DNA of 64,000 bases, from the IMG/VR virus record IMGVR_UViG_3300050821_009835, positions 124,001 to 188,000 of that record; one strand, 5' to 3'. Under the pieces are notes generated by a model that had not been told where the DNA came from, made no database searches, and worked only from the letters and a program-made list of their open reading frames with translations. Positions 17,259 through 27,139 of the stretch are shown in pieces; position 1 is the stretch's first letter, and every line of letters starts with the position of its first letter. Made by a program: the position numbers and the translations under genes.

Positions 17259-18393
17259 GCTGTTTGATACTGAATTTTCCCTTCAGACTGCGAATTCTAG
17301 CCGCTTCGATAGGGTTGGCAAGCTTGGCACAAATCTCAATCAATTCATCTGCAGATTCTAATTCTGTGACTGTTGGATTGACGGCTTCGTCTTCTGCGCG
17401 AACTCGGCTTCCTAATTGAATTTGCAAACAACCATACTGAGCTTGCAGTTTGCGCAGTATGTTAACCACGACCTGATTATCCTTATCCATCACCACCATT
17501 AGAGAATTCATACGGGGCAGAATAGTTAGGATCGATTTAGTTACATCAATAGCTCCAAAAATCTCATACACCAATTTACGAGCAAAGAGAACATCGTGCA
17601 AAATTTCTCCACCAGATTTAGAGACGAATGGATACTCAATTCCGTCTGCCCAAAACCAGGTTCCGCTCTTTTGGGTCTCAGCCGCGACATTAGGAAACCC
17701 CGGCCCGGTATCACGTCGTGCCATAAGTGGACTTGTGCCTGGCGACCAAATGAGATAGTAAACTTCGAGTTGAGATAAAACGCGCAAGTACTTATCTGCG
17801 CCCATGCCGAGCATGCTTACGTTGTTACTGTCCGCAAATGCAGGAGTTTTTCCCATCGGAGAAACACGGAAGCTGATTGCAGGCGTAAAGTTGGTGATAA
17901 TTTTAAGGGAACGAATGGTGCTGAGATACAAATTGAACGCATTTTCTTGCTGAGTCAACGGAATCTTTACCATCGTGTCTGCTGCACCGAGCGGGCGCTC
18001 TCCAGGTCGCAACAGAGTTGATTGCTTTTTCTTCCACTCTTTTTCAATTCTTTGGATTTCTTTTTGGGCATCGGCTGTTTGGTAAGCCATGCCATTGTAA
18101 TGCTGAAGGTTAAGTAGAATTTGACTGAAGATATTATAATCCAACAACGGGTGCAGCAATTTCAAAACACAATGGCGATCATATCCTGTCGGCTCAACCT
18201 TGACCGCTGGCCCTGCCTCCATCCAGCAGTCCCGAAACATGTGATAAAGTATAGCCTGCCAGTGATCTGTACGACTAAATGGGACATGAGAAAGCCGCTT
18301 CTCCCATTCTGCCCTCATCGTTTCTTCAGATTTCCAAACTTCTAATATCCGTTTTTTAAAACAATTCGCAACCTTCTGATAGATTTCTTGCAT
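17110..18393 (-). CDS. Hypothetical protein (C-terminus possibly extended by an indel)
   Basis: 427 aa; 149-nt overlap with the next gene. Confidence 0.55.
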   Translation of the reverse strand: MQEIYQKVANCFKKRILEVWKSEETMRAEWEKRLSHVPFSRTDHWQAILYHMFRDCWMEAGPAVKVEPTGYDRHCVLKLLHPLLDYNIFSQILLNLQHYNGMAYQTADAQKEIQRIEKEWKKKQSTLLRPGERPLGAADTMVKIPLTQQENAFNLYLSTIRSLKIITNFTPAISFRVSPMGKTPAFADSNNVSMLGMGADKYLRVLSQLEVYYLIWSPGTSPLMARRDTGPGFPNVAAETQKSGTWFWADGIEYPFVSKSGGEILHDVLFARKLVYEIFGAIDVTKSILTILPRMNSLMVVMDKDNQVVVNILRKLQAQYGCLQIQLGSRVRAEDEAVNPTVTELESADELIEICAKLANPIEAARIRSLKGKFSIKQHESDLRAGSSPSSESPSSSLERSVGTDGVSAKRLHLDIAKRLQEDGLIP

Positions 18394-18534
18394 CCGCGAC
18401 TCCCAACAATTCGTACAGTTTTCTTGTTATCCATAAGTGTCTTTGGTAATGACTTTGCAGGATTGAAGAAGTTATAGGCAAAACAGGAAAAGACTTGCAG
18501 CAAATCGGGCACACGTGGGTCGTCCTCGGCTTAA

Positions 18535-19236
18535 TCACAACCCTACTTTTCGCTGCCCTTTGATTGAAGATTTCCATGCTTCCCAGAGAGGAATCTTTTC
18601 CTTCATTCGTTTAATGACTGTTTCAATACTCACCGGGTAGAAATTGTTTGGATCCACACCGCAGTCCATAGACAACCACTGATATTGCGTATGATGACAA
18701 TGCGGGCAAGTATTGTCTTCTGGTAAGGCTCCGTGGCTATGCCCGTAGAGCTGCCAGACCCCTTTGTGGCTACCATGCCAGACACGCATAGAATAATGAC
18801 ACAACGTGATATGCGGCGTATCCCAGCCAGCAGGTTTAATTCGGATTAGATCTTTCATCCACACAAAACAATCAGGAATCTCAGCAGCCACCTGATCGTG
18901 ATTCCCGTAGATGAAGTAGAAATTTCCATTCATCTGATAACGAGTTTCTCGAGCCAATGCTGGCTTAACTTTGAGAAACATATCTCCTAATTCATAGACA
19001 AGATCGCCTTTTTCAACAACTTCATTATGATTGTCGATGATGCGCTTGTTCATGTCCCAGATGTTTGCAAACATGGGACGTGGAGGGGCTTCAGTCTGCA
19101 CCATTTTCGCTTGGCAGCATGAGGTGAGTCCGTCAGGTTCAGAAGTCTTAATAGGACGTTTACAGGCAACGCAACCGCGTTTTCCTCTTACCAACATCTC
19201 GTGAAACAGATGCTTGTCCCCCGAAAACCATATCAT
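18535..19236 (-). CDS. Calcineurin-like metallophosphoesterase
   Basis: WFSGDKHLFH, VYELGD, GNHD, LCHY, LYGHSHG. Confidence 0.85.
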   Translation of the reverse strand: MIWFSGDKHLFHEMLVRGKRGCVACKRPIKTSEPDGLTSCCQAKMVQTEAPPRPMFANIWDMNKRIIDNHNEVVEKGDLVYELGDMFLKVKPALARETRYQMNGNFYFIYGNHDQVAAEIPDCFVWMKDLIRIKPAGWDTPHITLCHYSMRVWHGSHKGVWQLYGHSHGALPEDNTCPHCHHTQYQWLSMDCGVDPNNFYPVSIETVIKRMKEKIPLWEAWKSSIKGQRKVGL

Positions 19237-19489
19237 CGGGATTCCTCGATTTACGTTCGCCATATTTGTCTAATACCTTTTCAAGCAATGAACGGGACAA
19301 AGGAGGAACATCCATAGCATCAGCAATACAGGCGTCCAAATGAAACAGGGCCATACCTGCACCTAACACTTTTCCCAATGCTGACTTACGATATTTTAAT
19401 TCGTAGATGCCAACAGAAAACATCGCCAAATGCCAGACGCTTTTATACGCACGCTCCGTTTGTAGATCTTTTCTCATGAGATTCTCCAA
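19160..19489 (-). CDS. Hypothetical membrane-associated protein
   Basis: 109 aa in the operon. Confidence 0.4.
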   Translation of the reverse strand: MENLMRKDLQTERAYKSVWHLAMFSVGIYELKYRKSALGKVLGAGMALFHLDACIADAMDVPPLSRSLLEKVLDKYGERKSRNPDDMVFGGQASVSRDVGKRKTRLRCL

Positions 19490-19621
19490 TAGAACGTTCC
19501 CAATCCTTGCGGAATGCTCGCTCTATAAAGAATCCATTCAGTCTTAAAACTACCACAACAAGCGCAATCAAAGCTAGAAACGCCAGAGAAGGCCAAGCAA
19601 GCGGAGACCAAGGATAGAATT

Positions 19622-20632
19622 TCATAAACCAGGGCACAGCTCCAAAGCAAGATCAAGTGTTGGTTTATCATCACCAGCTAACGCAATAAGCACATCGCGT
19701 GGCTCAGATGTAGCTACGTTGCTTACGGCTTCGTCCATAGACTGAAAGAAGTCCGTAATGTTCTCCAGTTTACCCACGGTCTCCATTCCTTTGTCTGCTG
19801 TACGAAATGCAACATCTAAAGGCTTTGTGGGAATGGGAACTTCTCGGGGACGATATGCACCTTTTTCCGTGAATCGAAGAACCGTAGCAACTACCGGGTG
19901 ACCGTCTTCGTCTGTAGGTAAAGCCGCCCGTGCTAGGGATCCTAGCTGAACATGGGTCACATTTCCCACTTCATTTATGCCAGCCCGGCTATGATCGTGG
20001 CCCCAAAGCAGAAAATCATAATCACAATCCGCAACCTCATTATACCCAATTTTAGTCGCCCCCCATAGTGAGCCGCGTTCACCAAGTGCCCCATATTGAT
20101 GAACGATTCCAACACGATACTTCGCCAGCGCGGTGCGGAGCGGAGCGTTTAGGATACGCTCAAGAGTTTTCAAACCATCATGTTCATACGGGAAGGCGTC
20201 GACTAATACCCCGAAAGTTTCTGTCTTATTTACAAAAAGAATGGACTGTTTAGTCAGGTCATGATACACCCCGGCTGCGATAAGAATTCCAAGAGGAGAA
20301 TCGGGTAGTGTGGACATTTTGTCCCACTGAATGTCATGATTTCCCACTGCCCCTATCACGACTCCCTCTGGAAAAGACCCGAATATTCGGGTAATTTTTT
20401 CAATCAAAGAACAGGAGTTTCCAGGATGTTTGGGCTGCTTATAATGGAAACAATCCCCTCCAAAAAGGGCCACTCCATCCACCTTAAAACAGAGGTCTTT
20501 AACAAAATTCACCTTATCTAGGATGGCTTGTTGGTAGTCGTCTCTTCTTCTCCCAATAGGAATGGCAGATAAATGAGCATCTGTGAAAAACACAAAATTT
20601 ATCTCATTCGATGGTAGGATTTTAACCAGCAT
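19622..20632 (-). CDS. SbcD/Mre11/gp47-like nuclease
   Basis: FFTDAHL, GGDCFH, GNHD, VHQ, GHDH, GSL motifs; same operon as the SbcC-like ATPase. Confidence 0.8.
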   Translation of the reverse strand: MLVKILPSNEINFVFFTDAHLSAIPIGRRRDDYQQAILDKVNFVKDLCFKVDGVALFGGDCFHYKQPKHPGNSCSLIEKITRIFGSFPEGVVIGAVGNHDIQWDKMSTLPDSPLGILIAAGVYHDLTKQSILFVNKTETFGVLVDAFPYEHDGLKTLERILNAPLRTALAKYRVGIVHQYGALGERGSLWGATKIGYNEVADCDYDFLLWGHDHSRAGINEVGNVTHVQLGSLARAALPTDEDGHPVVATVLRFTEKGAYRPREVPIPTKPLDVAFRTADKGMETVGKLENITDFFQSMDEAVSNVATSEPRDVLIALAGDDKPTLDLALELCPGL

Positions 20633-21054
20633 TAGACTGGAACATCTTCTGGCTCCGTGTTAGTCACGGTATAAGTCCCATCTTCTTCAGGAATAACAAA
20701 CCAGATAGGTAGGCCAAATTTCTCGGCAATCTTACGCTCTGCCTTTACACCAGTTGAAATTGAAAAGCCGGGAATAGTAAGAATCCACATTTCCGAGCAG
20801 CGAGAAAGGATGCATTCATCAAAATTTGCCCAGAACTCCCACTCAATAGGCAGAATACAACGTTCCGCGATCGGATGAGTATGAGCAATTGGAGAATAGA
20901 AATGGCGACCATCTTTGATATTATTCATCAGCCAACCCATACAGTCTACGGCCTTGTGGAATCTAACAGTCCACATCTCCTTATCTTTGTGAGTGTAGGG
21001 AGAAGCCAGATAGATCAGTTTACCAAAGAACTCTGGTTGTTGAGCGATATTCAT
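20632..21054 (-). CDS. DUF1937 / nucleoside deoxyribosyltransferase-like protein
   Basis: IYLASPYTH, YSPIAHTH, STGVKAE. Confidence 0.75.
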   Translation of the reverse strand: MNIAQQPEFFGKLIYLASPYTHKDKEMWTVRFHKAVDCMGWLMNNIKDGRHFYSPIAHTHPIAERCILPIEWEFWANFDECILSRCSEMWILTIPGFSISTGVKAERKIAEKFGLPIWFVIPEEDGTYTVTNTEPEDVPV

Positions 21055-21530
21055 TAGGCCTCTCTAGGTTTAGGCTTAATACTTCGAATGTGGCGAAACG
21101 CAACTCCTGCCTCCTGAAACATCTTCATCGCCTCTTTGTAATCTTCAGCGTATTTTTCGTTATTGAGATCCGGCATAAGCCCCACAAGATTTTTGATGCC
21201 ACACTGACAAAGAGCGGCGGCGCAAGGCCCACAGGGAAATCCGTGATCACCATTTAAATAAACAGTTCCACCCGTGAGAGAAATTCCAACACGTGAAGCA
21301 TTGAAGATAGCATTCTTTTCTGCGTGGATAGTCCAGATGTATTTTAATGGGCGTTCAGATCTTTCTTCAACTGTATCATCCACCCCACGCGGGAAACCAT
21401 TATAACCAACCGTAAGAATTTCTCGACTCGGGCCAATAATAACACAGCCAACTTTGGTGGTGTCTTTGCTCCAACTAGCAATCATCGCGGCCATGTCCAT
21501 CAACCGCTGATCCCAAAGACTCATCCCCAT
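21054..21530 (-). CDS. dCMP deaminase
   Basis: SKD.TKVGCVI, GYNGFPRG, IHAEKNAI, PCGPCA. Confidence 0.92.
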   Translation of the reverse strand: MGMSLWDQRLMDMAAMIASWSKDTTKVGCVIIGPSREILTVGYNGFPRGVDDTVEERSERPLKYIWTIHAEKNAIFNASRVGISLTGGTVYLNGDHGFPCGPCAAALCQCGIKNLVGLMPDLNNEKYAEDYKEAMKMFQEAGVAFRHIRSIKPKPREA

Positions 21531-21533
21531 AGG

Positions 21534-22103
21534 CTATTCCTTGGAGTCGAGCTTACCCGTGATAGCTGGGTCAGGCTCACCAACTGCGGCTGTACCAATA
21601 CCAGGAATGCCATCGTCCTTATGAATCGGATCCGGTGTGACAACCGTTTTTTGAAGAGCGGCCTTAATCTCTCTTTTGGTCGACTTCGGGTTAGAAAGAA
21701 CTTGCTGCGCCTCAACCGGGACGGCTACAGAAACATGTTCCAATACAGAGATTGGGGGAGATCCAGCGGGACTGAATTTTTCGCCACTATCAGGTTCATC
21801 AAGAATCTTTTTGGCAGCAGAAACTCCTTCTACAACTGAGGGCAGCATAGTGAGTGCGCTCTCCAACGAAGGGCTAGTAGCTTGCTGGGCCGCCAACCCG
21901 GCTGTAACTTGCTCAACTTCCTCTTTTATGTGGTTAATTTGGCTAATATGCTTGGCATATTCTTCTGCCAAATCCTGACCCCAATACGTATAAGGAAAGA
22001 GAACTTGGGAAACAACTCCCTGTTGGTGAATAACATTAACGATATATGTTCCGTCACCTTGCTTTTCAACGGTTACATCCTTGACCGGGAAAATCTTCGA
22101 CAT
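21534..22103 (-). CDS. Hypothetical protein
   Basis: 189 aa. Confidence 0.5.
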   Translation of the reverse strand: MSKIFPVKDVTVEKQGDGTYIVNVIHQQGVVSQVLFPYTYWGQDLAEEYAKHISQINHIKEEVEQVTAGLAAQQATSPSLESALTMLPSVVEGVSAAKKILDEPDSGEKFSPAGSPPISVLEHVSVAVPVEAQQVLSNPKSTKREIKAALQKTVVTPDPIHKDDGIPGIGTAAVGEPDPAITGKLDSKE

Positions 22104-22105
22104 AT

Positions 22106-22417
22106 TTATTTCTCCTGTAATGAATTGTACTCGGCGATTAATTCCTCGCCCGTTTTTAATTGTTCTTCCAAAGCGGTAACCTTTTCAGTTAATTGAGCCT
22201 GAATTTGTTGCGCCATAGTTTCAAGTTCTTCCGCCGAAAGGGCTTCTGGCTTTTCGATTCCTAATTCTCGCAACTTCTCTTGAGCATTCTCTAACTGACC
22301 TTCTTCACGCCCAATATCGCTGATGATCTGATCACGCTTGGTAGCGAAAATTTTGATCTGCTCTTGAACTTGCTTAAGATCCACAGATATGCTCCAACGG
22401 CTTCCCACACTTATCAC
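22106..22417 (-). CDS. Coiled-coil protein
   Basis: Heptad-rich, Glu/Gln/Lys composition. Confidence 0.5.
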   Translation of the reverse strand: MISVGSRWSISVDLKQVQEQIKIFATKRDQIISDIGREEGQLENAQEKLRELGIEKPEALSAEELETMAQQIQAQLTEKVTALEEQLKTGEELIAEYNSLQEK

Positions 22418-23537
22418 AGAGACCGTTTTTTGTACACAATTCCTTAAGGTCGGTCTCTAACTGAATGAGTTCGACTTTTTTATCCACGACTCTCCGAATT
22501 ACCTGTGCAGCTTGACCCGTGTGTTTAATACTAGCCTGCAAGCTAATCGCGGCAGAGAGAATACTTTCCATTTCTCCAACAACAGCATTCAGTTTCCTCG
22601 CAGCAGCTTGCTCGTGCAAAGCTTCTAACTTCCCGGCTAAACTCGCGGTCTCATTGATGACTTTAGCATTACGACTGAGGTTGACAATATTGTTCCAACG
22701 ATTGATGGTTGCCTCAAGTTGAACATCCATATCTCGCAGTCGGAGCATGCGAATCTGCGAATGGATGGTACTTCGGAGATATGCCACCATATCCTGCAAC
22801 CGTTCTGCCTCTAAGGTGTCAGGTATGAATAGGGACGCTTGCAATCGTCGCAGAGGAACGAGTCGAGTCTTAGTAGAGGAAAGTTCCCGAAACCAAAAGC
22901 CTATCGTCTCCAATGAGCGTAGTTTTGGTTCTAGGGCTTTAATCCCCTTGTCTACCAAAATTCCTTTTGTAAAAATCTGCTCTAGATTTTCACAACGTTC
23001 CTCAGAATCGCCAATCTGCTCAGCTAATGTTTTAGCCTCACTATTCTTTTGGGTAACAAAGAGATTGGCTTGTTTCTTACCGTATTCCAGTTTCTCCGTT
23101 GAAGAGAAGGCTCCAAGAATAGTGTTTAGCTCTGTTGGCCCAGCACCTTCCAACATGAACTGCTCGCCAAACTGCGAAGCAAAGATCGGGTCGATCTTAT
23201 ACTCACCAACTTGAACTTCTCCAGCATTAAGATCTTTAAGAGCATCAGGAATACCCTTAGCCAGACTGGTATATTCACCTTTGTCTGTGAGGTATTTTGT
23301 AGAGCTGTTGGCTTTACGAACAGCTTTAATTGTCTTCCCTTCGTGCTCAAGGGTAAGTTCAAGTTGGTCTGCCCCTATACGGACACGCTGTTCGGGAATT
23401 TCGTTACGAATAAGACCTTTGAGGGCGCGGAAGATGGCACTCTTACCCGCAAAGGACGGGCCAATCATAACTACAAAACCGTCTAAATTCAGGGAGAACT
23501 CAGGCCAGGCTTGGAAATTTTTACCAGAGAATTTCAT
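22374..23537 (-). CDS. SbcC/Rad50/gp46-like ATPase, N-terminal half ending at the zinc hook
   Basis: KNFQAW, Walker A GPSFAGKS, coiled coil, terminal CDKCG; no signature motif or Walker B. Confidence 0.75.
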   Translation of the reverse strand: MKFSGKNFQAWPEFSLNLDGFVVMIGPSFAGKSAIFRALKGLIRNEIPEQRVRIGADQLELTLEHEGKTIKAVRKANSSTKYLTDKGEYTSLAKGIPDALKDLNAGEVQVGEYKIDPIFASQFGEQFMLEGAGPTELNTILGAFSSTEKLEYGKKQANLFVTQKNSEAKTLAEQIGDSEERCENLEQIFTKGILVDKGIKALEPKLRSLETIGFWFRELSSTKTRLVPLRRLQASLFIPDTLEAERLQDMVAYLRSTIHSQIRMLRLRDMDVQLEATINRWNNIVNLSRNAKVINETASLAGKLEALHEQAAARKLNAVVGEMESILSAAISLQASIKHTGQAAQVIRRVVDKKVELIQLETDLKELCTKNGLCDKCGKPLEHICGS

Positions 23538-24043
23538 GAACTAAGAGGATTGCACCCCGGCGCTTCATTACGAAGTGCTTTAGTTTCTGGTCCCGGCAGC
23601 AGACAACCGTGTTGATTGGACAAATCGTTAAATGTCTTCAAACCCCCACCCAAGATAGGAAATTCACTAGATGAAACACCAGCCAATCGCTCAATATCGC
23701 TCGGGCGACCATAGATCATCAGTGCCCGAACAATCAAAGAAGCAACTTTAATCATACGGATGCGAACTGAGCCGCCATCCGGGGTAAAGTTGCTCATTGC
23801 TAGAGGAATTTCATCCCAATATTTCTTGGCAAAAACCCACCAATCACCTAAGGAGAAAGGGGAACCTGCTGGGCCTGTGGTTCCGGCATGGACATCCTGG
23901 TCTTTTACACCTTCGATAAGAGAAATCTTACGTTTGCCATCCTTACCGCCCCAACCCTTAGAATATTCTCCCTCCTTGCGGATGCAGTCAATCACTTCCT
24001 CAAAGGTCAGCCCGGTACCTAGTCCATTACGTGCTTCACTCAT
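23534..24043 (-). CDS. Hypothetical helical protein, possible MazG-like fold; paralog of 26536-27003
   Basis: Shared blocks FAKKYWDEI, FTPDGG.VRIR.IKV, GRPSDIERLAG.SSSEFPIL.GGLK. Confidence 0.55.
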   Translation of the reverse strand: MSEARNGLGTGLTFEEVIDCIRKEGEYSKGWGGKDGKRKISLIEGVKDQDVHAGTTGPAGSPFSLGDWWVFAKKYWDEIPLAMSNFTPDGGSVRIRMIKVASLIVRALMIYGRPSDIERLAGVSSSEFPILGGGLKTFNDLSNQHGCLLPGPETKALRNEAPGCNPLSS

Positions 24044-24051
24044 AACTCCTC

Positions 24052-24330
24052 CTAACTTTGTGTTCTTTGAAATGGAAACGAAAACGAGGGGCAGCCGCAG
24101 AGATGACCGTAAAGGTCGAGACTTATTTCTGCTCCGTCCAAATCTGTAATCTCATCATTCGAGCAGACACAGTGCGAAGTTAGGCATGAATCTTTTTCAG
24201 CTTGTGTTTGGTGATAATGCCATTTACCATACGGTTCACCAGCCCAACAACTAATTTGAGCGTCAAATTCGTCGACATCACAAACACTGCGACGCCCTTC
24301 TAATGCGACTTGGTCTTCTATCGTTGGCAT
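24052..24330 (-). CDS. Small Cys/His-rich hypothetical protein
   Basis: 92 aa in the operon. Confidence 0.45.
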   Translation of the reverse strand: MPTIEDQVALEGRRSVCDVDEFDAQISCWAGEPYGKWHYHQTQAEKDSCLTSHCVCSNDEITDLDGAEISLDLYGHLCGCPSFSFPFQRTQS

Positions 24331-25685
24331 TATTCCTCTATTTCGAAAGCTTTACTGATGGTGAGTGATTCTTCAGCCTCGTCAAACCCTTTGGTGGATT
24401 CATCACCATCCAAATACGCACGCTCTTCTCCCGATGGTGCCTCGCTTACAAATCTAGTGGACTGATCGTTATCAATTGCTTCTCCAACCAATACACTTAG
24501 CTTGCTAAGCACTTCTGGATTCTCATCAATGACAAGATCCTGAATAGCTTCTTCTTTGGACTTATAAGTAGCAATAGCATCATCAACCGAAGTCCCTACG
24601 TACCAAAGTTTTCTAGGACTATAATCAATCAAGCCATACTGACGGGCCAATTCGCGGATGCTTAAATTTTCATCCTGACCCGGGATCTTGCCGACACCTG
24701 TAGGTCGAATCCAGATGAATCCCTGACGATAGCCTCCCCCGCCAACTTTATTCTTTAAAGTGCGGACGCGCATGCGTTGTACCACTTCAAGATCCTTAGT
24801 TTCAGGAGTAGCGGGTTCAAGGATGAAATCGTCTTTGGTGCCCGAACCGTATAAATCAACAGGTCCTGGCTTAAAACTCTTCATAACTTTGACATTTTCA
24901 ATCATGATGGCAGGAGTGAAACGGCAAATCCAGCCGCCTGGTAGAGTGTAGGGCATGTTGGCAAAGGTTGGGTATTTCTGCGCATTCTTAGCGTCATTGC
25001 CATCCTCAATACGATCCCGGATTTGATTCGTGATCATTAAAAGACAGTTAAACTCTGCTAAATGAGGAAGCATGTTATCATAGAATTTTGTCATGACGCG
25101 AGGATGAACCGCCATGTCTGCTTTAAAAGCCTTTCCAGACAAAATGTCACTCATCGCAACCTTACTCTTCATACGTGGGATAGAATCACAGACGAATAAA
25201 CGAACGCCTGCTGTCATCAAACGTATCATGTCCTGCTGACAATCTTCAACAGAGTCCGGCTGCTTGAAAAACAGCATGTTGGGCGATACGTCTACTCCCA
25301 TCTCCCGTAGATAGTTTATAGTACCAGTTCGTTCAAAATCATAAACTGAAACAGGTTCTTTGGTGAACCTCTGGAAATTACAAAGCATTTTGTAGATGCT
25401 GGTAGATTTAGCGGTTCCGTCCTTTCCATGAACCTGCGTAACACGACCACGAAATCCCATGCCGCGTAAACGTAAAACGTGGTCGTAAACAAGCATACCA
25501 TAGGGAACAAGTTCTTCCACATCATCCGACTTCAGCACCTTATAATCGTCGTCCAACTCACCACGAGCCTTTAGCAGTGCTTCGCGACGTTCAGCAGCCG
25601 TCCAATCCCGAGGATGCTTAACTTTCTCTTTCTTAACCGCAACAGTCTTCTTTGCAGCTGCTTTCTTCTCTTTCGTTTCTGCCAT
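24330..25685 (-). CDS. recA: RecA/UvsX-like recombinase
   Basis: GRVTQVHGKDGTAKST Walker A, DFER, FVCDSIP Walker B, ITNQIRD, TLPGG, KNKVG. Confidence 0.85.
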   Translation of the reverse strand: MAETKEKKAAAKKTVAVKKEKVKHPRDWTAAERREALLKARGELDDDYKVLKSDDVEELVPYGMLVYDHVLRLRGMGFRGRVTQVHGKDGTAKSTSIYKMLCNFQRFTKEPVSVYDFERTGTINYLREMGVDVSPNMLFFKQPDSVEDCQQDMIRLMTAGVRLFVCDSIPRMKSKVAMSDILSGKAFKADMAVHPRVMTKFYDNMLPHLAEFNCLLMITNQIRDRIEDGNDAKNAQKYPTFANMPYTLPGGWICRFTPAIMIENVKVMKSFKPGPVDLYGSGTKDDFILEPATPETKDLEVVQRMRVRTLKNKVGGGGYRQGFIWIRPTGVGKIPGQDENLSIRELARQYGLIDYSPRKLWYVGTSVDDAIATYKSKEEAIQDLVIDENPEVLSKLSVLVGEAIDNDQSTRFVSEAPSGEERAYLDGDESTKGFDEAEESLTISKAFEIEE

Positions 25686-25699
25686 GGAGCGTTCCCTCT

Positions 25700-26530
25700 C
25701 TAAACTGGATAATCAAAACGACTCAGAACTTTCTTGGGTTGAGCCGCATCGCGGACACAAATCGTAAAATTCTGCTTCTGGTAACTGTAGTAATACTCGG
25801 GTCTCTGCCCGGTTGTATGAAGTAATCCTTTGGTTGTGACACGAACATTACGGCCCTTACCGCGCTCTACAGGTGCGGCATCACAAAGTGTCTGAAGATA
25901 CTTAGGCTGGACCTCTTCGGGCATTCCGAGAAGAACACTACAAGCAGCCCGTGCTACCATTGTAAGCATGACTGCATCACAGGCATCCCCATCAAGATTT
26001 GGGAAACGTGCTTTATCAAGAAAAGTGTAGGCTTGTTTGATGTTTTCCCCTTTGTTATTGCCCTTAGTGTACAAACCCATCAATGAACGGAGTGTACTAG
26101 CATTGATGGTTAGAATTTTAATCTGTTGGAAGCGATTAGCTAAATCCCCATCTGAAAAGATGTGCTCATGAAACACTGCATTTACTCGATTAAGAAAATC
26201 TTCTCCGGGAGTGGGGGCTTCCATGACAACCATAAGACCCATTGATACAAGCTGGGGGGCACAAAAAGGAAGGGAAACTCGATCTAACATTTGCTTCAAG
26301 TACATAGCCATCAATTTGGCGCGAAGCCAAACGGGGTTCTTAGTTTCCTGGGGCTTACAAGATCCAACATCCAACCATTTAGCGGTTGAGGTTCCTGATA
26401 CATCCTCGCTGGGACTAACGTGCATGAAAGCGTAACCCGTGCAAGAAAGTGACGGGTCGAGCCCCATGATGAGCCAGTGATTGACATCAGTCACCGCAGG
26501 CGGGATGTTTAGAACAGCAGGCTTAGGCAT
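25700..26530 (-). CDS. RuvC-like Holliday junction resolvase
   Basis: MGLDPSLSCTGYA, VVMEAP, DGDACDAV catalytic motifs. Confidence 0.8.
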   Translation of the reverse strand: MPKPAVLNIPPAVTDVNHWLIMGLDPSLSCTGYAFMHVSPSEDVSGTSTAKWLDVGSCKPQETKNPVWLRAKLMAMYLKQMLDRVSLPFCAPQLVSMGLMVVMEAPTPGEDFLNRVNAVFHEHIFSDGDLANRFQQIKILTINASTLRSLMGLYTKGNNKGENIKQAYTFLDKARFPNLDGDACDAVMLTMVARAACSVLLGMPEEVQPKYLQTLCDAAPVERGKGRNVRVTTKGLLHTTGQRPEYYYSYQKQNFTICVRDAAQPKKVLSRFDYPV

Positions 26531-26535
26531 CGCGA

Positions 26536-27003
26536 CTATTTCAATGGGTTACAGTTCGGGCTTTCGTTTCTCAGACTTTTAGTTAAGGCAGATGGGATCA
26601 AACATCCTTCTTCGCTGGATAAAGCATCGAATATTTTCAACCCGCCGCTAAGAATAGGAAATTCGCTAGATGACTTTCCAGCCAAACGCTCGATATCGCT
26701 TGGTCGCCCGTGAACCATTAATGCTCGAGTTAGCAAATTCAAAACTTTGATTATACGGATGCGCACTGCCCCGCCATCTGGTGTAAAGCTAGTCATTGCT
26801 GCGTCAATTTCGTCCCAATACTTTTTAGCAAAAGTTTTGAAATCCGCAATCGAGTAAGGTTGGCCAACCAACGGTTCCAGAGAATGAACATCGTTGTCTT
26901 CCACTCCCTCTACCTTAGAAATCTTTCGTGAGCCTTTGGCCCAACCTTGTGAGTACTGCATTTCTTTCTGGATACACTTCACTGCCTGTTCAAAGGTAAG
27001 CAT
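26536..27003 (-). CDS. Hypothetical helical protein; paralog of 23534-24043
   Basis: Long near-identical blocks shared with the paralog. Confidence 0.55.
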   Translation of the reverse strand: MLTFEQAVKCIQKEMQYSQGWAKGSRKISKVEGVEDNDVHSLEPLVGQPYSIADFKTFAKKYWDEIDAAMTSFTPDGGAVRIRIIKVLNLLTRALMVHGRPSDIERLAGKSSSEFPILSGGLKIFDALSSEEGCLIPSALTKSLRNESPNCNPLK

Positions 27004-27139
27004 GTTTTCTCCTTAACAAAAATTGTAAACTAACGGGATAAGAGCCCATTTCCTCCCAGCAAATGTACCAACCCCATTACACCTAACAAGAAAATCAAAG
27101 TTAACACTCCAATGTAGACGACGTGCCTCGGTTCGATAT

